DNA of 63,623 bases, filler included. It is 4 parts of 4 records of this genome, joined end to end, with 100 filler letters (N's around TTAATTAATTAA, not from the genome) between each part and the next. Parts side by side here need not be neighbours in the genome. Positions count along the whole stretch, not along the records: positions 1 to 29,136 come from SRR20825006_2567; 3 more parts are not named here. One strand, given 5' to 3'. Numbering within the stretch: the first letter of the stretch is position 1; the number at the start of each line of letters is the position of its first letter. Of this stretch, positions 18,794 through 29,236 are shown piece after piece. The position numbers and the translations under genes are program-made. The notes under the pieces are model-generated. The model saw only the letters and a program-made list of their open reading frames with translations. It ran no database searches and had not been told where the DNA came from.

Positions 18794-19336
18794 TTAATCA
18801 ACTCCTTGTTGCCATGCTGCTTTTGTTAAGGAGTAAAAATTATGAAGCGTCCCATCAAAGGTGAATTCACTTCTTTTAACGAGTCCTGTTTTTTGTAAAA
18901 TTATGTTTGAAGCCGTATGTTTTACATCTGCAATACCTGAAATTTCTTCAAAATTTAATTTCTCAAAACCGTGATTTAATGAAGCAATTGCAGTTTCAGT
19001 TGCATAGCCTTTTCCCCAATATTCTTTAAGAAAACGATACCCAAGATCATAATAATTGGTTTTATTATTTATAGTATCGGTTATAAATTTGAAGCCACTC
19101 CAACCAATAAATACGCCACTTTCTTTTTCAACAACTGCCCATCTCCCAATACCATATTGAACATATTGCTGTTTTATATTTGCCATAATTGCCTTGGCTT
19201 CATTTAATGTTTTTATGGGTTTATTACCCAAAAAAGTATGCACTTCAGCATCAGAATCCATTGCGAAGAAACCGTGTAGGTCTTCATCAATAATATCGCG
19301 CATTATTAAACGCTCTGTTTCTATGTGAATCTTCAT
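18794..19336 (-). CDS. GNAT (RimJ/RimL-like) N-acetyltransferase
   Basis: IETERL, FIGWSG, LGYRFLKEYWGKGYATE and ASNIILQKTG motifs. Confidence 0.9.
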   Translation of the reverse strand: MKIHIETERLIMRDIIDEDLHGFFAMDSDAEVHTFLGNKPIKTLNEAKAIMANIKQQYVQYGIGRWAVVEKESGVFIGWSGFKFITDTINNKTNYYDLGYRFLKEYWGKGYATETAIASLNHGFEKLNFEEISGIADVKHTASNIILQKTGLVKRSEFTFDGTLHNFYSLTKAAWQQGVD

Positions 19337-19407
19337 AGTTGCTGTTTTTTTATGAAATTAGCAGGATATAAATAGCCTTATTTCTAGGTAAAAGTAACAA
19401 TACGTTT

Positions 19408-19902
19408 TTATTTATTTTTATAAAGCTCGGCAACCTTATAAAAATCTATTGAATCATTTATTTTATAAAAATAATCCAATTGCCAATTTTGTGTACGTTC
19501 CGCCTGTTTGCTTTTTGGTACATCCCAAAGCGGATACACCCGAAAGGCCCTTTTTCCTTCTTTCCTAACTGTTGAAAGTATCCCTTTTTTTATCAATATT
19601 GATTTTGGAAATACAAATTGCCCAAACGTGTTTTCTGTTTTTGCATTAACAATAAAAAAATCTATGTGGTCTGTTTCATTAAAAGGTTCAATAGGGCCGT
19701 TACCATTTCTTTTCCAAAATGTAACAAATTGACCAGCTTTTTTAGGAGTAATTTTAGCATTTCTGCTAATTATAGTGCGGCCACTTAGCACAAATTGGCA
19801 AGCAGCATATTCTTTACTTTCAGCTTCAAGTTTAAAACCTGAAATTTCAAAATTACAAGGTTCATAAACTGTCGTTTTTAATTGGTTTAATGTTGTATCC
19901 AT
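19408..19902 (-). CDS. MepB-family protein
   Basis: AKITPKKAGQFVTFWKR, GQFVFPK, GKRAFRVYPLW and TQNWQLDYF motifs. Confidence 0.8.
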   Translation of the reverse strand: MDTTLNQLKTTVYEPCNFEISGFKLEAESKEYAACQFVLSGRTIISRNAKITPKKAGQFVTFWKRNGNGPIEPFNETDHIDFFIVNAKTENTFGQFVFPKSILIKKGILSTVRKEGKRAFRVYPLWDVPKSKQAERTQNWQLDYFYKINDSIDFYKVAELYKNK

Positions 19903-20116
19903 TCAATTTATTTCACCCAAAATTTAATATAAGAAGCATTTCCAGTTGCATTCAAAATAACTGTAGTCAACTTCTATTGCGGTTTAAAGATACAGAAACC
20001 TTTTTGCGAAGTGGAAAATGAGCAGCTCAGAACGGTATTTAAAAACTCGAAAATTAGATTTTCACAGCGCACCATAAATGAATTTTATTGCACCCCTTCA
20101 CCTCTCTTCATTTTAC

Positions 20117-20124
20117 TATCTTTG
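20117..20124 (+). promoter_or_regulatory. Bacteroidota -7 promoter element for purK-purE
   Basis: TATCTTTG matches TAnnTTTG upstream of purK. Confidence 0.55.
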
Positions 20125-20193
20125 TTGAAAATTAATTTTCAACAAAGGAATGTATAAAACAGCACTATTTATACATCAAAAAAATATAAATAA

Positions 20194-21348
20194 ATGAACT
20201 ACTTTTCTTCCAACTTCACCCTCGGCATTCTTGGCGGCGGGCAATTGGGCAAAATGATGCTTTACGAAACACGCAAATGGGATATCCGCACGCATGTTTT
20301 GGATCCAAGCCCAGAAGCACCTTGCCGTATTGCTGCAGACCAATTTGAACAAGGTGACTTGATGGATTTTGAAACAGTTTATAACTTCGGAAAAAAAGTA
20401 GATGTACTTACTTTTGAAATTGAAGGTGTTAATATAGAAGCACTAGAAAAATTGGAAACTGAAGGTGTAAAGGTATATCCCAGTGCAGCGACGCTTCGAA
20501 ATATACAAGATAAAGGTGTACAGAAACAGTTTTACAAAGAACATCAAATACCAACTTCACCTTTTAAAGTTTACCAAAATAAAAACGAACTTAACGAAGC
20601 CATTGTTCGCAAAGAATTACATTTTCCATTTGTTTGGAAAAGTTGCACTGGCGGTTATGACGGTAAAGGAGTAAGCATAATTAGAACTGCCGAAGCAGTA
20701 ATTCCACTTTCAGAGGGTGCGTGTATTGCGGAAAAACTAATTCCATTTAAAAATGAATTAGCCGTAATTGTAGCTAGAAACCCTTCCGGAGAAGTAAAAA
20801 CATATCCTGTGGTTGAAATGGAATTTCATCCAGAAGCCAATCAAGTTGAATATGTAATTTGTCCTGCACGAATTGATGAAGTTGTTGCAAACAAAGCACG
20901 AACTATAGCAGCAAAAGTTTCCGAAGCATTTAAACACGTAGGCCTCTTAGCTGTAGAAATGTTTCAAACAGAAGACGATGAAATTTTGGTTAATGAAGTT
21001 GCTCCACGCCCGCACAACAGTGGTCATTACAGTATAGAAGCGAGCTACACCAATCAATTTGAACAACAAATTAGAGCCATTTTAAACCTACCTTTAGGAA
21101 ATACAGACAGCAAAGTTGGCGGTATTATGGTTAACTTAGTTGGCGCCGAAGACCACACGGGTCCTGTAGTGTACAAAAACATTGAAAATATTTTAGCAAT
21201 GGAAGGCGTAACGCCACATATTTATGGTAAAAAGGAAACTAGGCCTTTCCGAAAAATGGGGCATGTAACCATTGTAAACAAAGACTTAAGCATCGCAAGA
21301 AAGATTGCTGAAGAAGTAAAAAATACTATAAAAGTTATTACTGAATAA
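20194..21348 (+). CDS. purK: N5-carboxyaminoimidazole ribonucleotide synthase
   Basis: GILGGGQLGKM, GYDGKG, NEVAPRPHNSGH and RKMGH motifs. Confidence 0.97.
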   Translation: MNYFSSNFTLGILGGGQLGKMMLYETRKWDIRTHVLDPSPEAPCRIAADQFEQGDLMDFETVYNFGKKVDVLTFEIEGVNIEALEKLETEGVKVYPSAATLRNIQDKGVQKQFYKEHQIPTSPFKVYQNKNELNEAIVRKELHFPFVWKSCTGGYDGKGVSIIRTAEAVIPLSEGACIAEKLIPFKNELAVIVARNPSGEVKTYPVVEMEFHPEANQVEYVICPARIDEVVANKARTIAAKVSEAFKHVGLLAVEMFQTEDDEILVNEVAPRPHNSGHYSIEASYTNQFEQQIRAILNLPLGNTDSKVGGIMVNLVGAEDHTGPVVYKNIENILAMEGVTPHIYGKKETRPFRKMGHVTIVNKDLSIARKIAEEVKNTIKVITE

Positions 21349-21358
21349 ACTTAAACAA

Positions 21359-21850
21359 ATGAGCAAAGTAGCAATAATAATGGGAAGTACCAGCGATCTA
21401 CCAGTAATGCAGGACGCTATAGATATTTTAAAAGGATTTGATATTGAAGTAGAAGTAGATATTGTTTCTGCACATCGCACTCCCGACAAACTTTTTGACT
21501 ATGGAAAAAACGCACACACACGTGGTTTTTCGGTAATAATCGCAGGCGCAGGCGGAGCAGCACACTTGCCAGGAATGATTGCTTCCCTTTCACCTTTGCC
21601 CGTAATTGGCGTTCCTGTGAAATCCAGCAATTCTATTGATGGTTGGGATAGTATTCTGTCCATTCTTCAAATGCCAGGCGGCGTTCCTGTTGCTACAGTT
21701 GCATTGAATGGCGCCAAAAATGCAGGAATATTAGCTGCACAAATTATTGGCTCTTCAGATAAATGTGTTTTAGATAAAATTGTTGCCTACAAAGAAGGCT
21801 TGAAGATGAAAGTGGAAGAAGGGGCAAAAAAAATACAAAGTAGCCAGTAG
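21359..21850 (+). CDS. purE: N5-CAIR mutase
   Basis: IIMGSTSD, SAHRTP, AGAGGAAHLPG and QMPGGVPVATV motifs. Confidence 0.97.
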   Translation: MSKVAIIMGSTSDLPVMQDAIDILKGFDIEVEVDIVSAHRTPDKLFDYGKNAHTRGFSVIIAGAGGAAHLPGMIASLSPLPVIGVPVKSSNSIDGWDSILSILQMPGGVPVATVALNGAKNAGILAAQIIGSSDKCVLDKIVAYKEGLKMKVEEGAKKIQSSQ

Positions 21851-21931
21851 CTCCACAATTCAAAATATAAGTATTGGAATCTAAAATTTGCTGTTAACAG
21901 TCAAATTTCATTACTAAAATCTAAAACCCTA

Positions 21932-23968
21932 ATGAATCCCCTTCTACAACCCTATAACACTGCTCCTTTTTCTAAAATAGAAAATGCGCATTTTCTTCCA
22001 GCAATTAGTAAATTGATTGAGAAGACTAAAGAAGAAATAACTGCAATCACATCAAATATTGAAACGCCAACTTTCAAAAATACTGTGGAAGCACTTGAAA
22101 AAACTGGCGAACAATTAGATCGTGCTACAAGTATTTTTTTCAATCTGAATAGTGCAGAGACCAATGATAAAATTCAAAAAATAGCACAGGAGATTTCGCC
22201 TATGCTTACAGAGTTTAGTAATGATATGTTGCTAAATGAAGTTTTATTTGAAAGAATTAAAACAGTTTACAATCAAAAAACCACTTTAAACCTTTCTGAA
22301 GAGCAGCAAATGTTGCTCGAAAAAAAATACAAAGCGTTTTCAAGAAACGGCGCAAACCTTTCAGAAGAAAAGAAAAAAGAATTACGCAAAATTGACACTG
22401 AGCTTTCTAAATTGAAGCTTACTTTTGGTGAAAATGTTCTTGCTGAAACAAATAAATTTGAACTTCATCTTACAGCCAAGAAAGATCTTTCTGGACTACC
22501 CGATGGGGTGATTGAAGCTGCAGCACAAACTGCCGAAGAGAAAGGAAAAGATGGTTGGATTTTCACTCTAGATTACCCGAGCTACGTTCCATTTTTAACC
22601 TATGCAGCTAATCGTGAACTTCGCAAAAAAATGGCGATTGCATTTGGTGCAAAAGGTTTTAATAATGACGAATTAGACAACCAACAAAATGTGCTTAAAA
22701 TTGTAAACCTTCGGCATGAAAGAGCAAATTTATTGGGTTATGAAAGTCATGCACATTTTGTTCTTGAGGAACGCATGGCTGAAACCCCTGAAAAAGTACA
22801 ATCTTTTTTAAATGAATTGCTCGCCAAAGCAAAACCAGCAGCCCAAAAAGAATTTAATAACTTAACTGCTTTTGCCAAAGAACTTGATGGCATTGAATTT
22901 TTAGAAAAATGGGATGGCGCTTACTATTCTGAAAAACTAAAACAAAAGCTTTTTAATCTCGATGACGAAAAATTAAAGCCCTATTTTGAGCTTAAAAACG
23001 TTATAAATGGTGTGTTTACCGTAGCCGAAAAGCTTTACGGACTTCATTTTGAAGAGGTTCAAAACATTGATAAATACCATGTAGATGTAAAAGCTTATGA
23101 AGTAAAAGATGCAGATGGAGAATTGGTTTCAATTTTTTATGCAGATTTCCATCCACGAGCTGGAAAACGAAATGGAGCGTGGATGACTTCCTATAAACCG
23201 CAACAAATAAAGGATGGAAAGAATGATCGTCCACATATTTCTATAGTTTGTAATTTTACGAAACCTACTACAAGCAAACCTTCATTATTAACTTTTAATG
23301 AGGTAACAACATTGTTTCATGAATTTGGTCATGCGCTACATGGAATGCTTGCAAATACCCAGTACCCTAGTCTTTCTGGAACTAGTGTTTATTGGGATTT
23401 TGTGGAATTACCGAGTCAAATTTTAGAAAATTGGTGTTATGAAAAAGAAACACTAAAGCTTTTTGCCACACATTATAAAACTGGACAAATAATCCCAATG
23501 GAATATGTGGAAAAAATAAAAGAGTCTGCTACGTTTTTGGAAGGCATGGCAACATTGCGTCAATTAAGTTTCGGAATCTTAGACATGACTTGGCATGGAT
23601 TATCGGCTGCCCAAAAAACTAATTTTTTAAAGGAACAAAATGTAAAAGCTTTTGAAGCTGCAGCATTTAAAGACACCCAGCTATATCCAGATGTGAAAGA
23701 GAATTGTATGAGCACCTCATTTTCACATATATTTCAAGGTGGGTATTCAGCAGGGTATTATAGCTATAAATGGGCTGAGGTTTTGGATGCTGACGCTTTT
23801 GCATTGTTTAAAAAGGAAGGTATTTTCAACAAAAAAGTTGCTAATAAATTTAAAGAGTTTGTGCTTTCGCAAGGAGGGACTATGGATCCGATGGAACTTT
23901 ATGTGAAATTCCGTGGACAAAAACCAGATCCTGAAGCGCTTCTTAAACGTGCAGGTTTACTAAACTAA
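21932..23968 (+). CDS. M3-family metallopeptidase (peptidyl-dipeptidase Dcp-like)
   Basis: FHEFGHALH zinc motif, GKRNGAWM, DFVELPSQ and GYSAGYYSYKWAE. Confidence 0.92.
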   Translation: MNPLLQPYNTAPFSKIENAHFLPAISKLIEKTKEEITAITSNIETPTFKNTVEALEKTGEQLDRATSIFFNLNSAETNDKIQKIAQEISPMLTEFSNDMLLNEVLFERIKTVYNQKTTLNLSEEQQMLLEKKYKAFSRNGANLSEEKKKELRKIDTELSKLKLTFGENVLAETNKFELHLTAKKDLSGLPDGVIEAAAQTAEEKGKDGWIFTLDYPSYVPFLTYAANRELRKKMAIAFGAKGFNNDELDNQQNVLKIVNLRHERANLLGYESHAHFVLEERMAETPEKVQSFLNELLAKAKPAAQKEFNNLTAFAKELDGIEFLEKWDGAYYSEKLKQKLFNLDDEKLKPYFELKNVINGVFTVAEKLYGLHFEEVQNIDKYHVDVKAYEVKDADGELVSIFYADFHPRAGKRNGAWMTSYKPQQIKDGKNDRPHISIVCNFTKPTTSKPSLLTFNEVTTLFHEFGHALHGMLANTQYPSLSGTSVYWDFVELPSQILENWCYEKETLKLFATHYKTGQIIPMEYVEKIKESATFLEGMATLRQLSFGILDMTWHGLSAAQKTNFLKEQNVKAFEAAAFKDTQLYPDVKENCMSTSFSHIFQGGYSAGYYSYKWAEVLDADAFALFKKEGIFNKKVANKFKEFVLSQGGTMDPMELYVKFRGQKPDPEALLKRAGLLN

Positions 23969-23972
23969 ATTA

Positions 23973-24009
23973 AAAAAAGGCTTCAATAAAAAATATTGAA
24001 GCCTTTTTT
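23973..24009. terminator. Bidirectional rho-independent terminator
   Basis: AAAAAAGGCTTCAATA-loop-TATTGAAGCCTTTTTT between convergent genes. Confidence 0.85.
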
Positions 24010-24048
24010 AATGATTCTGAAGTTAAAGTTTCAAAACCTCTTCTTCTA

Positions 24049-25494
24049 TTAATTTAAGATGAATTTTTTAGTCAAAGTATGACCATTTTCTAAAACAAAT
24101 TTTGAAATATAAAATCCTTGCGAAAATTGTTCTAATTTCACTTCTCCTGAAGCATTATTTAAAGCATCTGAAAACACTTTTTGCCCTGCAACATTAAAAA
24201 TTTCAATCTGTTTTACATTGGATGCTATATTCTTCAATTGGTAGTTTAAGGTTTTATTCTTAACAAAAATATTCATTGCCAATTCAGAAAAATCATCCAC
24301 AGAAAGAATTTGTGGTTTAGCAGCTTCAATTAAAAATTCAAGTCCTAGTTTGGCAAATTTAACAGCGTGATCCGTGTTATTTAAGAAAGCAAACGTATCT
24401 CCTGCTCGATGAATATTGGGATTATGTTCACCGAAAGCTGCTTCAAAAGGAAAAGCTGCATTGTATCCATAATTTGCCCAACTTGCGTGATCTGAACAAC
24501 CGTAATTACAAATAGTAGTCCCGTAGGTAAATGCATGCGCACCTGAACCATTATAATGATCCATTAATTCCATTAAAAAATCATTAAGATCAGTGCTATT
24601 GTATGGGTCTGTAGTAATGTAAATATCTTCTGCGGATCCTTTATAGGCCGTCATATCAAATTGTACATAGGCAGAAACATTTACTCCATTAGCTGCATAA
24701 TTTGCCGCAATTTCATCAGAGCCCACAAGTCCAACTTCTTCTGCAGCGAATGCCATTACTTCAATAGTGCGGTTTGGCACAAAATTTTTAGCAAGCAATA
24801 CACGCACCATTTCAGTGAGTGTTGCTATACCTGAAGCATCATCATCTGCCCCAGGTGCATCATCGTCACTCGGGGAGGCTGTAGAATCTATATGCCCGCC
24901 TATGATTACATATTCATCAGGAGTATTTGTTCCATCAATTGTTAAAATCACAGAAGGCATTGGAGTATTTACGTGTGAAAAAATTCTAGTATGTATATCT
25001 GCTGTTCTACCAGCAGCTATAATCATATCATCCCATCTATCTTTTAAATCAAGAACTGCTTGTTCTGCTTGTGGTCTTGTATGATAGCGTGTTCCATAGC
25101 TTTCTAAAACTCGAATTACATCTTCAATTTTTTGTCCATCAACAAGGTTTAAACATTCGTTTACGAATGTATCTTCTGTAATGGTATAATCGATTAGAAG
25201 TTTTTTTGGTTCACCACGTTCTAGGGCTTCAAGAGCTTTTTCTTTAGAAGATCTAAAAATATATCCTGGACCATGAGTGGTAACATTGTCGTGAATGCTA
25301 TGCGTTACTTCTTCAGAAATAAAAACAGCCGCTTGATAGTCATTACTAGCTAAAATTGTCATTTCATCAGGGTGAAGCGCTTTAAAATATACTGCATCAG
25401 CAGCATCCATAGTGGCATAAATAAACTTACTATCTTGCGCAAAACTAACAGTGGTAAGTAATAGAATTAATATTAAAGTAATCGATTTTTTCAT
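24049..25494 (-). CDS. Secreted M28 leucyl aminopeptidase with probable T9SS C-terminal domain
   Basis: Signal peptide; GGHIDS, PGADDDASG, AAEEVGLVGS, CSDHASW and IH motifs; C-terminal IFNVAGQ...GFYI...KKFIL sorting-domain pattern. Confidence 0.88.
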   Translation of the reverse strand: MKKSITLILILLLTTVSFAQDSKFIYATMDAADAVYFKALHPDEMTILASNDYQAAVFISEEVTHSIHDNVTTHGPGYIFRSSKEKALEALERGEPKKLLIDYTITEDTFVNECLNLVDGQKIEDVIRVLESYGTRYHTRPQAEQAVLDLKDRWDDMIIAAGRTADIHTRIFSHVNTPMPSVILTIDGTNTPDEYVIIGGHIDSTASPSDDDAPGADDDASGIATLTEMVRVLLAKNFVPNRTIEVMAFAAEEVGLVGSDEIAANYAANGVNVSAYVQFDMTAYKGSAEDIYITTDPYNSTDLNDFLMELMDHYNGSGAHAFTYGTTICNYGCSDHASWANYGYNAAFPFEAAFGEHNPNIHRAGDTFAFLNNTDHAVKFAKLGLEFLIEAAKPQILSVDDFSELAMNIFVKNKTLNYQLKNIASNVKQIEIFNVAGQKVFSDALNNASGEVKLEQFSQGFYISKFVLENGHTLTKKFILN

Positions 25495-25661
25495 GAGGGG
25501 AAATTATTAAGTTAACTTTAGTAAAAATAAAGTTTCTGATTCACTTATTTCTTATTTCTTGCAGTTAAATTAATAGGCACTAAATAGTTAAAAACCTTAA
25601 GTTCCTATAAGTTGTTATTTAAAACTTCCTTATTTTTGAAATCACTATAAAATTAACTTAC

Positions 25662-26210
25662 TTGGAGCTACTAGATCCAGACAAATGGGTAGATAAATAT
25701 GCCGATTATCTTTACAATTATACTATTGTAAGGGTAAATGACCATATTGTTGCACAAGATTTAATTTCTGAAACTTTCTTAGCTGGACTTAAATCTAGTA
25801 AAAATTTTAAGGGTGAAGCTTCTGAACGGACGTGGTTAATTTCAATTTTAAAGAGGAAAATAATTGACCATTACCGAAAAGTAAATTCAAAAAAAGGGAA
25901 GGCAGAAATACACATTTCCTACAAAGATGATAGCGCAGAAGGAGATTGGTTAGAGGAAAATGCAACGGATCCTTTCGATAAAAATGCGGAAAATAACATA
26001 GAAAATCAAGAACTTGGCCTTGCTATAATGGAATGTTTGGAGAAGTTACCTGAAAAACAAGCTGCTATTTTCAAAAAGAAAACTATTGAAAACGTAGACA
26101 CCGAATCACTTTGTAAAGAATATAATATTACACCGTCTAACTTATGGGTAATCATCCATCGTGCGCGAAAAAGCATGGTTGAGTGTTTAGAAAAAAATTG
26201 GTTTAATTAA
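25662..26210 (+). CDS. ECF sigma-70 factor
   Basis: AQDLISETFL, RTWLISILKRKIIDHYR and region 4 LWVIIHRAR; TTG start. Confidence 0.9.
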   Translation: MELLDPDKWVDKYADYLYNYTIVRVNDHIVAQDLISETFLAGLKSSKNFKGEASERTWLISILKRKIIDHYRKVNSKKGKAEIHISYKDDSAEGDWLEENATDPFDKNAENNIENQELGLAIMECLEKLPEKQAAIFKKKTIENVDTESLCKEYNITPSNLWVIIHRARKSMVECLEKNWFN

Positions 26211-26216
26211 CGAATT

Positions 26217-26465
26217 ATGAAAACTATTTTTAAGTGTAAAGAAGCCGCAAAAGTTTGTGATAAAGCGCAATATAATGAAGCTTCCTTTTTGAGTATTTTG
26301 TATTTTAAAATGCATTTATTAATGTGCAAATTTTGTCGAGGTCATTCTTCGCGTAACGCAAAACTTACAGATGCCATACAATCTTCAAACCTCAAAACAC
26401 TTCGTCCTGAAGAAAAACAACTTCTTAAAAAAAGGCTTCAACAACACTCAAATACTGATAGATAA
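26217..26465 (+). CDS. Short zinc-binding anti-sigma-like protein
   Basis: HLLMCKFC (HxxxCxxC) plus N-terminal Cys residues; lies directly after the ECF sigma gene. Confidence 0.75.
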   Translation: MKTIFKCKEAAKVCDKAQYNEASFLSILYFKMHLLMCKFCRGHSSRNAKLTDAIQSSNLKTLRPEEKQLLKKRLQQHSNTDR

Positions 26466-26467
26466 CA

Positions 26468-27286
26468 TTAAAATTTGTCAAAAAGAAGAAATATTACAAC
26501 CCAAAGTATGGGCAAGCTTTCTACCCAAAAAGAAGCAAAATAACGTGTTTGTTTCGTTTTTGTTACAACAAGCATCCAGCCTAAAATTATACAGAAAAGC
26601 AAGAAGCTACTACTATAAACTACGTTTGAGTTTTCTTTAAAAAATTCAATAAACACAGCTAACAATAAAATTCCTAAACCAATAAACTTTGTTGTTTTCA
26701 CCCCTAATTGTTGCGGTAAGGTTTTAAGATTAAGCGCATCATAAGGCACATCACGAATTTCAAAGGGTAAAATGAGGGCGATTACAATCAAAATACGCTG
26801 AAAAAAAGGTAGCAATATACTACCTGAAATTACCATTTCTGAAGACACTATAGGCACAATTACTGTAACTCCAGCCCATACAATTGCTACCACAAAAATC
26901 TTGACGCCAGAAAATTTTCGAAGGCTTTTATGCCTCACAAAAGGAACAGCATAAAAAAAAGTTGTTAGTCCAAACCCAGCTGTAATTAAAAGTGTGTTTA
27001 TAGAAAGGCGCGTAGCTATATATACAAGCAAAATAAAACAACCTGCCGAAAAAACCTGAATTGTTTTTAATGAATTGGTCAAACTGCGGTGATGCAAACC
27101 AGCAATTTTGGCGTATTTCACAAAATTATAACCAGTTAAAGCGCCTAGAAAAACAAAAGCCCAAAGCTCATTGGCAACACTCAAATTAAATTCAAAAACG
27201 GTTATCGCTAATAATGCCAAAACGGCAAAAGCAACATGAATGCTACTATTAATATAAAAAGCAAACAAACCTTTTAAAAATTTCAT
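26468..27286 (-). CDS. Membrane protein, distant UbiA prenyltransferase-like
   Basis: About 8-9 TM segments and PFEIRD..D...L.TLP motif. ATG at 27286 preferred. Confidence 0.6.
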   Translation of the reverse strand: MKFLKGLFAFYINSSIHVAFAVLALLAITVFEFNLSVANELWAFVFLGALTGYNFVKYAKIAGLHHRSLTNSLKTIQVFSAGCFILLVYIATRLSINTLLITAGFGLTTFFYAVPFVRHKSLRKFSGVKIFVVAIVWAGVTVIVPIVSSEMVISGSILLPFFQRILIVIALILPFEIRDVPYDALNLKTLPQQLGVKTTKFIGLGILLLAVFIEFFKENSNVVYSSSFLLFCIILGWMLVVTKTKQTRYFASFWVESLPILWVVIFLLFDKF

Positions 27287-27385
27287 AGTATCAAAAATAA
27301 CCAAACTGTTAGTAACCTTTATATTTAGTTGAAAAATAATACCTTTTCAAGTCTTTAAAAGAGCGCTATTTCTTGTATAAAATTG

Positions 27386-27393
27386 TAATTTTG
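27386..27393 (+). promoter_or_regulatory. Bacteroidota -7 promoter element for gcvP
   Basis: TAATTTTG about 25 nt upstream of the ATG. Confidence 0.6.
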
Positions 27394-27418
27394 CCAGCTA
27401 AACTTCAACCGCAAATTA

Positions 27419-29136
27419 ATGAATACAGATTCTTTTGCTTTAAGGCATATTGGTCCCCGGGAAAACGATCTTCCTGAAATGCTTAAAACTATTGGCGTTA
27501 ACGCTATAGATCAACTTATTTTTGAAACTGTTCCAGACGATATTTTGCTGAAAAAAGCACTAAATCTGGACACAGCGATGAGTGAGCAGGAATATCTTGA
27601 GCATATTACCGAACTTTCTACAAAAAATAAACTTTTTAAAACATATATAGGTTTAGGCTATAACCAATCTATAACCCCTCCCGTAATTCAACGAAACATA
27701 TTGGAAAACCCGGGATGGTACACTGCCTACACACCTTATCAAGCTGAAATTGCACAAGGTAGGTTAGAAGCTTTGTTAAATTTTCAAACTGTTATTAGTG
27801 ATTTAACAGGAATGGAACTTGCAAATGCTTCACTTTTAGATGAAGCTACAGCAGCCGCTGAAGCAATGGCACTTTTACTAAATGTAAGAGAAAAGGCAAA
27901 GAAACAAAGCAACGCTTCTAAGTTTTTTGTTTCCGAAGAAATCCTTCCACAAACGCTTTCATTACTTGAAACCCGTTCAGAGCCTTTAGGAATCGAATTA
28001 GTTATTGGCAACCACGAAGATTTTGATTTTTCAGATGAATTTTTTGGCGCAATACTTCAATACCCAAGTAGAACTGGGAAAGTTCATAATTATAAAGGGT
28101 TCATTGAAAAAGCGAATGAAAACAATATAAAAGTGGCAGTTGCTGCAGATATTTTAAGCTTAGTAATGCTTGAGTCTCCAGGTCACTTTGGTGTAGATGT
28201 AGTTGTTGGGACTACCCAGCGTTTTGGAATTCCGTTAGGATATGGAGGACCACACGCAGCTTTTTTCGCTACAAAAGATGAATACAAAAGAAGCATTCCT
28301 GGAAGAATTATTGGTGTAACAAAAGACACTGACGGAAACCGTGCTTTACGTATGGCGCTTCAAACGCGTGAACAACACATAAAGCGTGATAAAGCAACTT
28401 CAAACATCTGTACTGCGCAAGTTTTATTGGCTGTAATGGCTGGAATGTATGCTGTTTATCACGGTCCAGAAGGATTAAAATATATAGCAAGAAAAGTACA
28501 TAATGGTGCTGTAACGCTTGCAAATACGTTAGAATCATTAGGTTTTGAGCAAGTAAACGAAACATTTTTTGACACCATCACTATAAAAACTGATGCTACA
28601 AAAATTAAATTTTTAGCTGAAGCTAAAGAGGTAAACTTTTATTATCCAGACGACGAAACAGTTTCAATCTCAATTAACGAAACTACAACTGTAAAAGACC
28701 TCAACAAAATAGCTGCAATCTTTTCTGAAGCTATTAAAAAAGATTTCAAGAAAATCTCTGAATTGGAAACTGGAAATAAAATTCCAAAGGAAGTTGCTCG
28801 TAAAACAGCATTTTTAGAGCAAGAAGTTTTCAATAAGTACCACAGTGAAACAGACTTAATGCGCTACATTAAAAAACTAGAGCGCAAAGATCTTTCATTG
28901 AACCACTCGATGATTTCGTTGGGTTCATGCACAATGAAATTGAACGCAGCTGCAGAAATGCTTCCATTAAGCGACCCAATGTGGGGAAATATGCACCCTT
29001 TTGTTCCAGTAGAACAAGCGGAAGGCTACCAAACCATTTTAAAAAAATTAGAAAAGCAACTTACCGAAATCACAGGTTTTGCAGGGACCTCCTTACAGCC
29101 AAATAGTGGTGCACAAGGTGAATATGCTGGTTTGAT
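27419..29136 (+). CDS. gcvP: Glycine dehydrogenase (decarboxylating), 3'-truncated at contig end
   Basis: RHIGP, YTAYTPYQAEIAQGRLEAL, QTREQHI..DKATSNICT, LGSCTMKLN and QPNSGAQGEY motifs. Confidence 0.97.
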
Positions 29137-29236
29137 NNNNNNNNNNNNNNNNNNNNNNNNNNNNNNNNNNNNNNNNNNNNTTAATTAATTAANNNNNNNN
29201 NNNNNNNNNNNNNNNNNNNNNNNNNNNNNNNNNNNN
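29137..29236. other. Artificial contig linker
   Basis: 44 N + TTAATTAATTAA (stops in all six frames) + 44 N; genes are cut on both sides and composition changes. Confidence 0.97.

Noticed and set aside
27305-27418. Glycine riboswitch upstream of gcvP
   Set aside because: The region is short and AT-rich, has no GGAGA/CAGG aptamer cores, and the promoter element lies only about 25 nt from the start.
29181-29192. TTAATTAATTAA palindrome repeated three times in the window
   Set aside because: It is always centred in 44+44 N. It is an assembly spacer, not a biological repeat.
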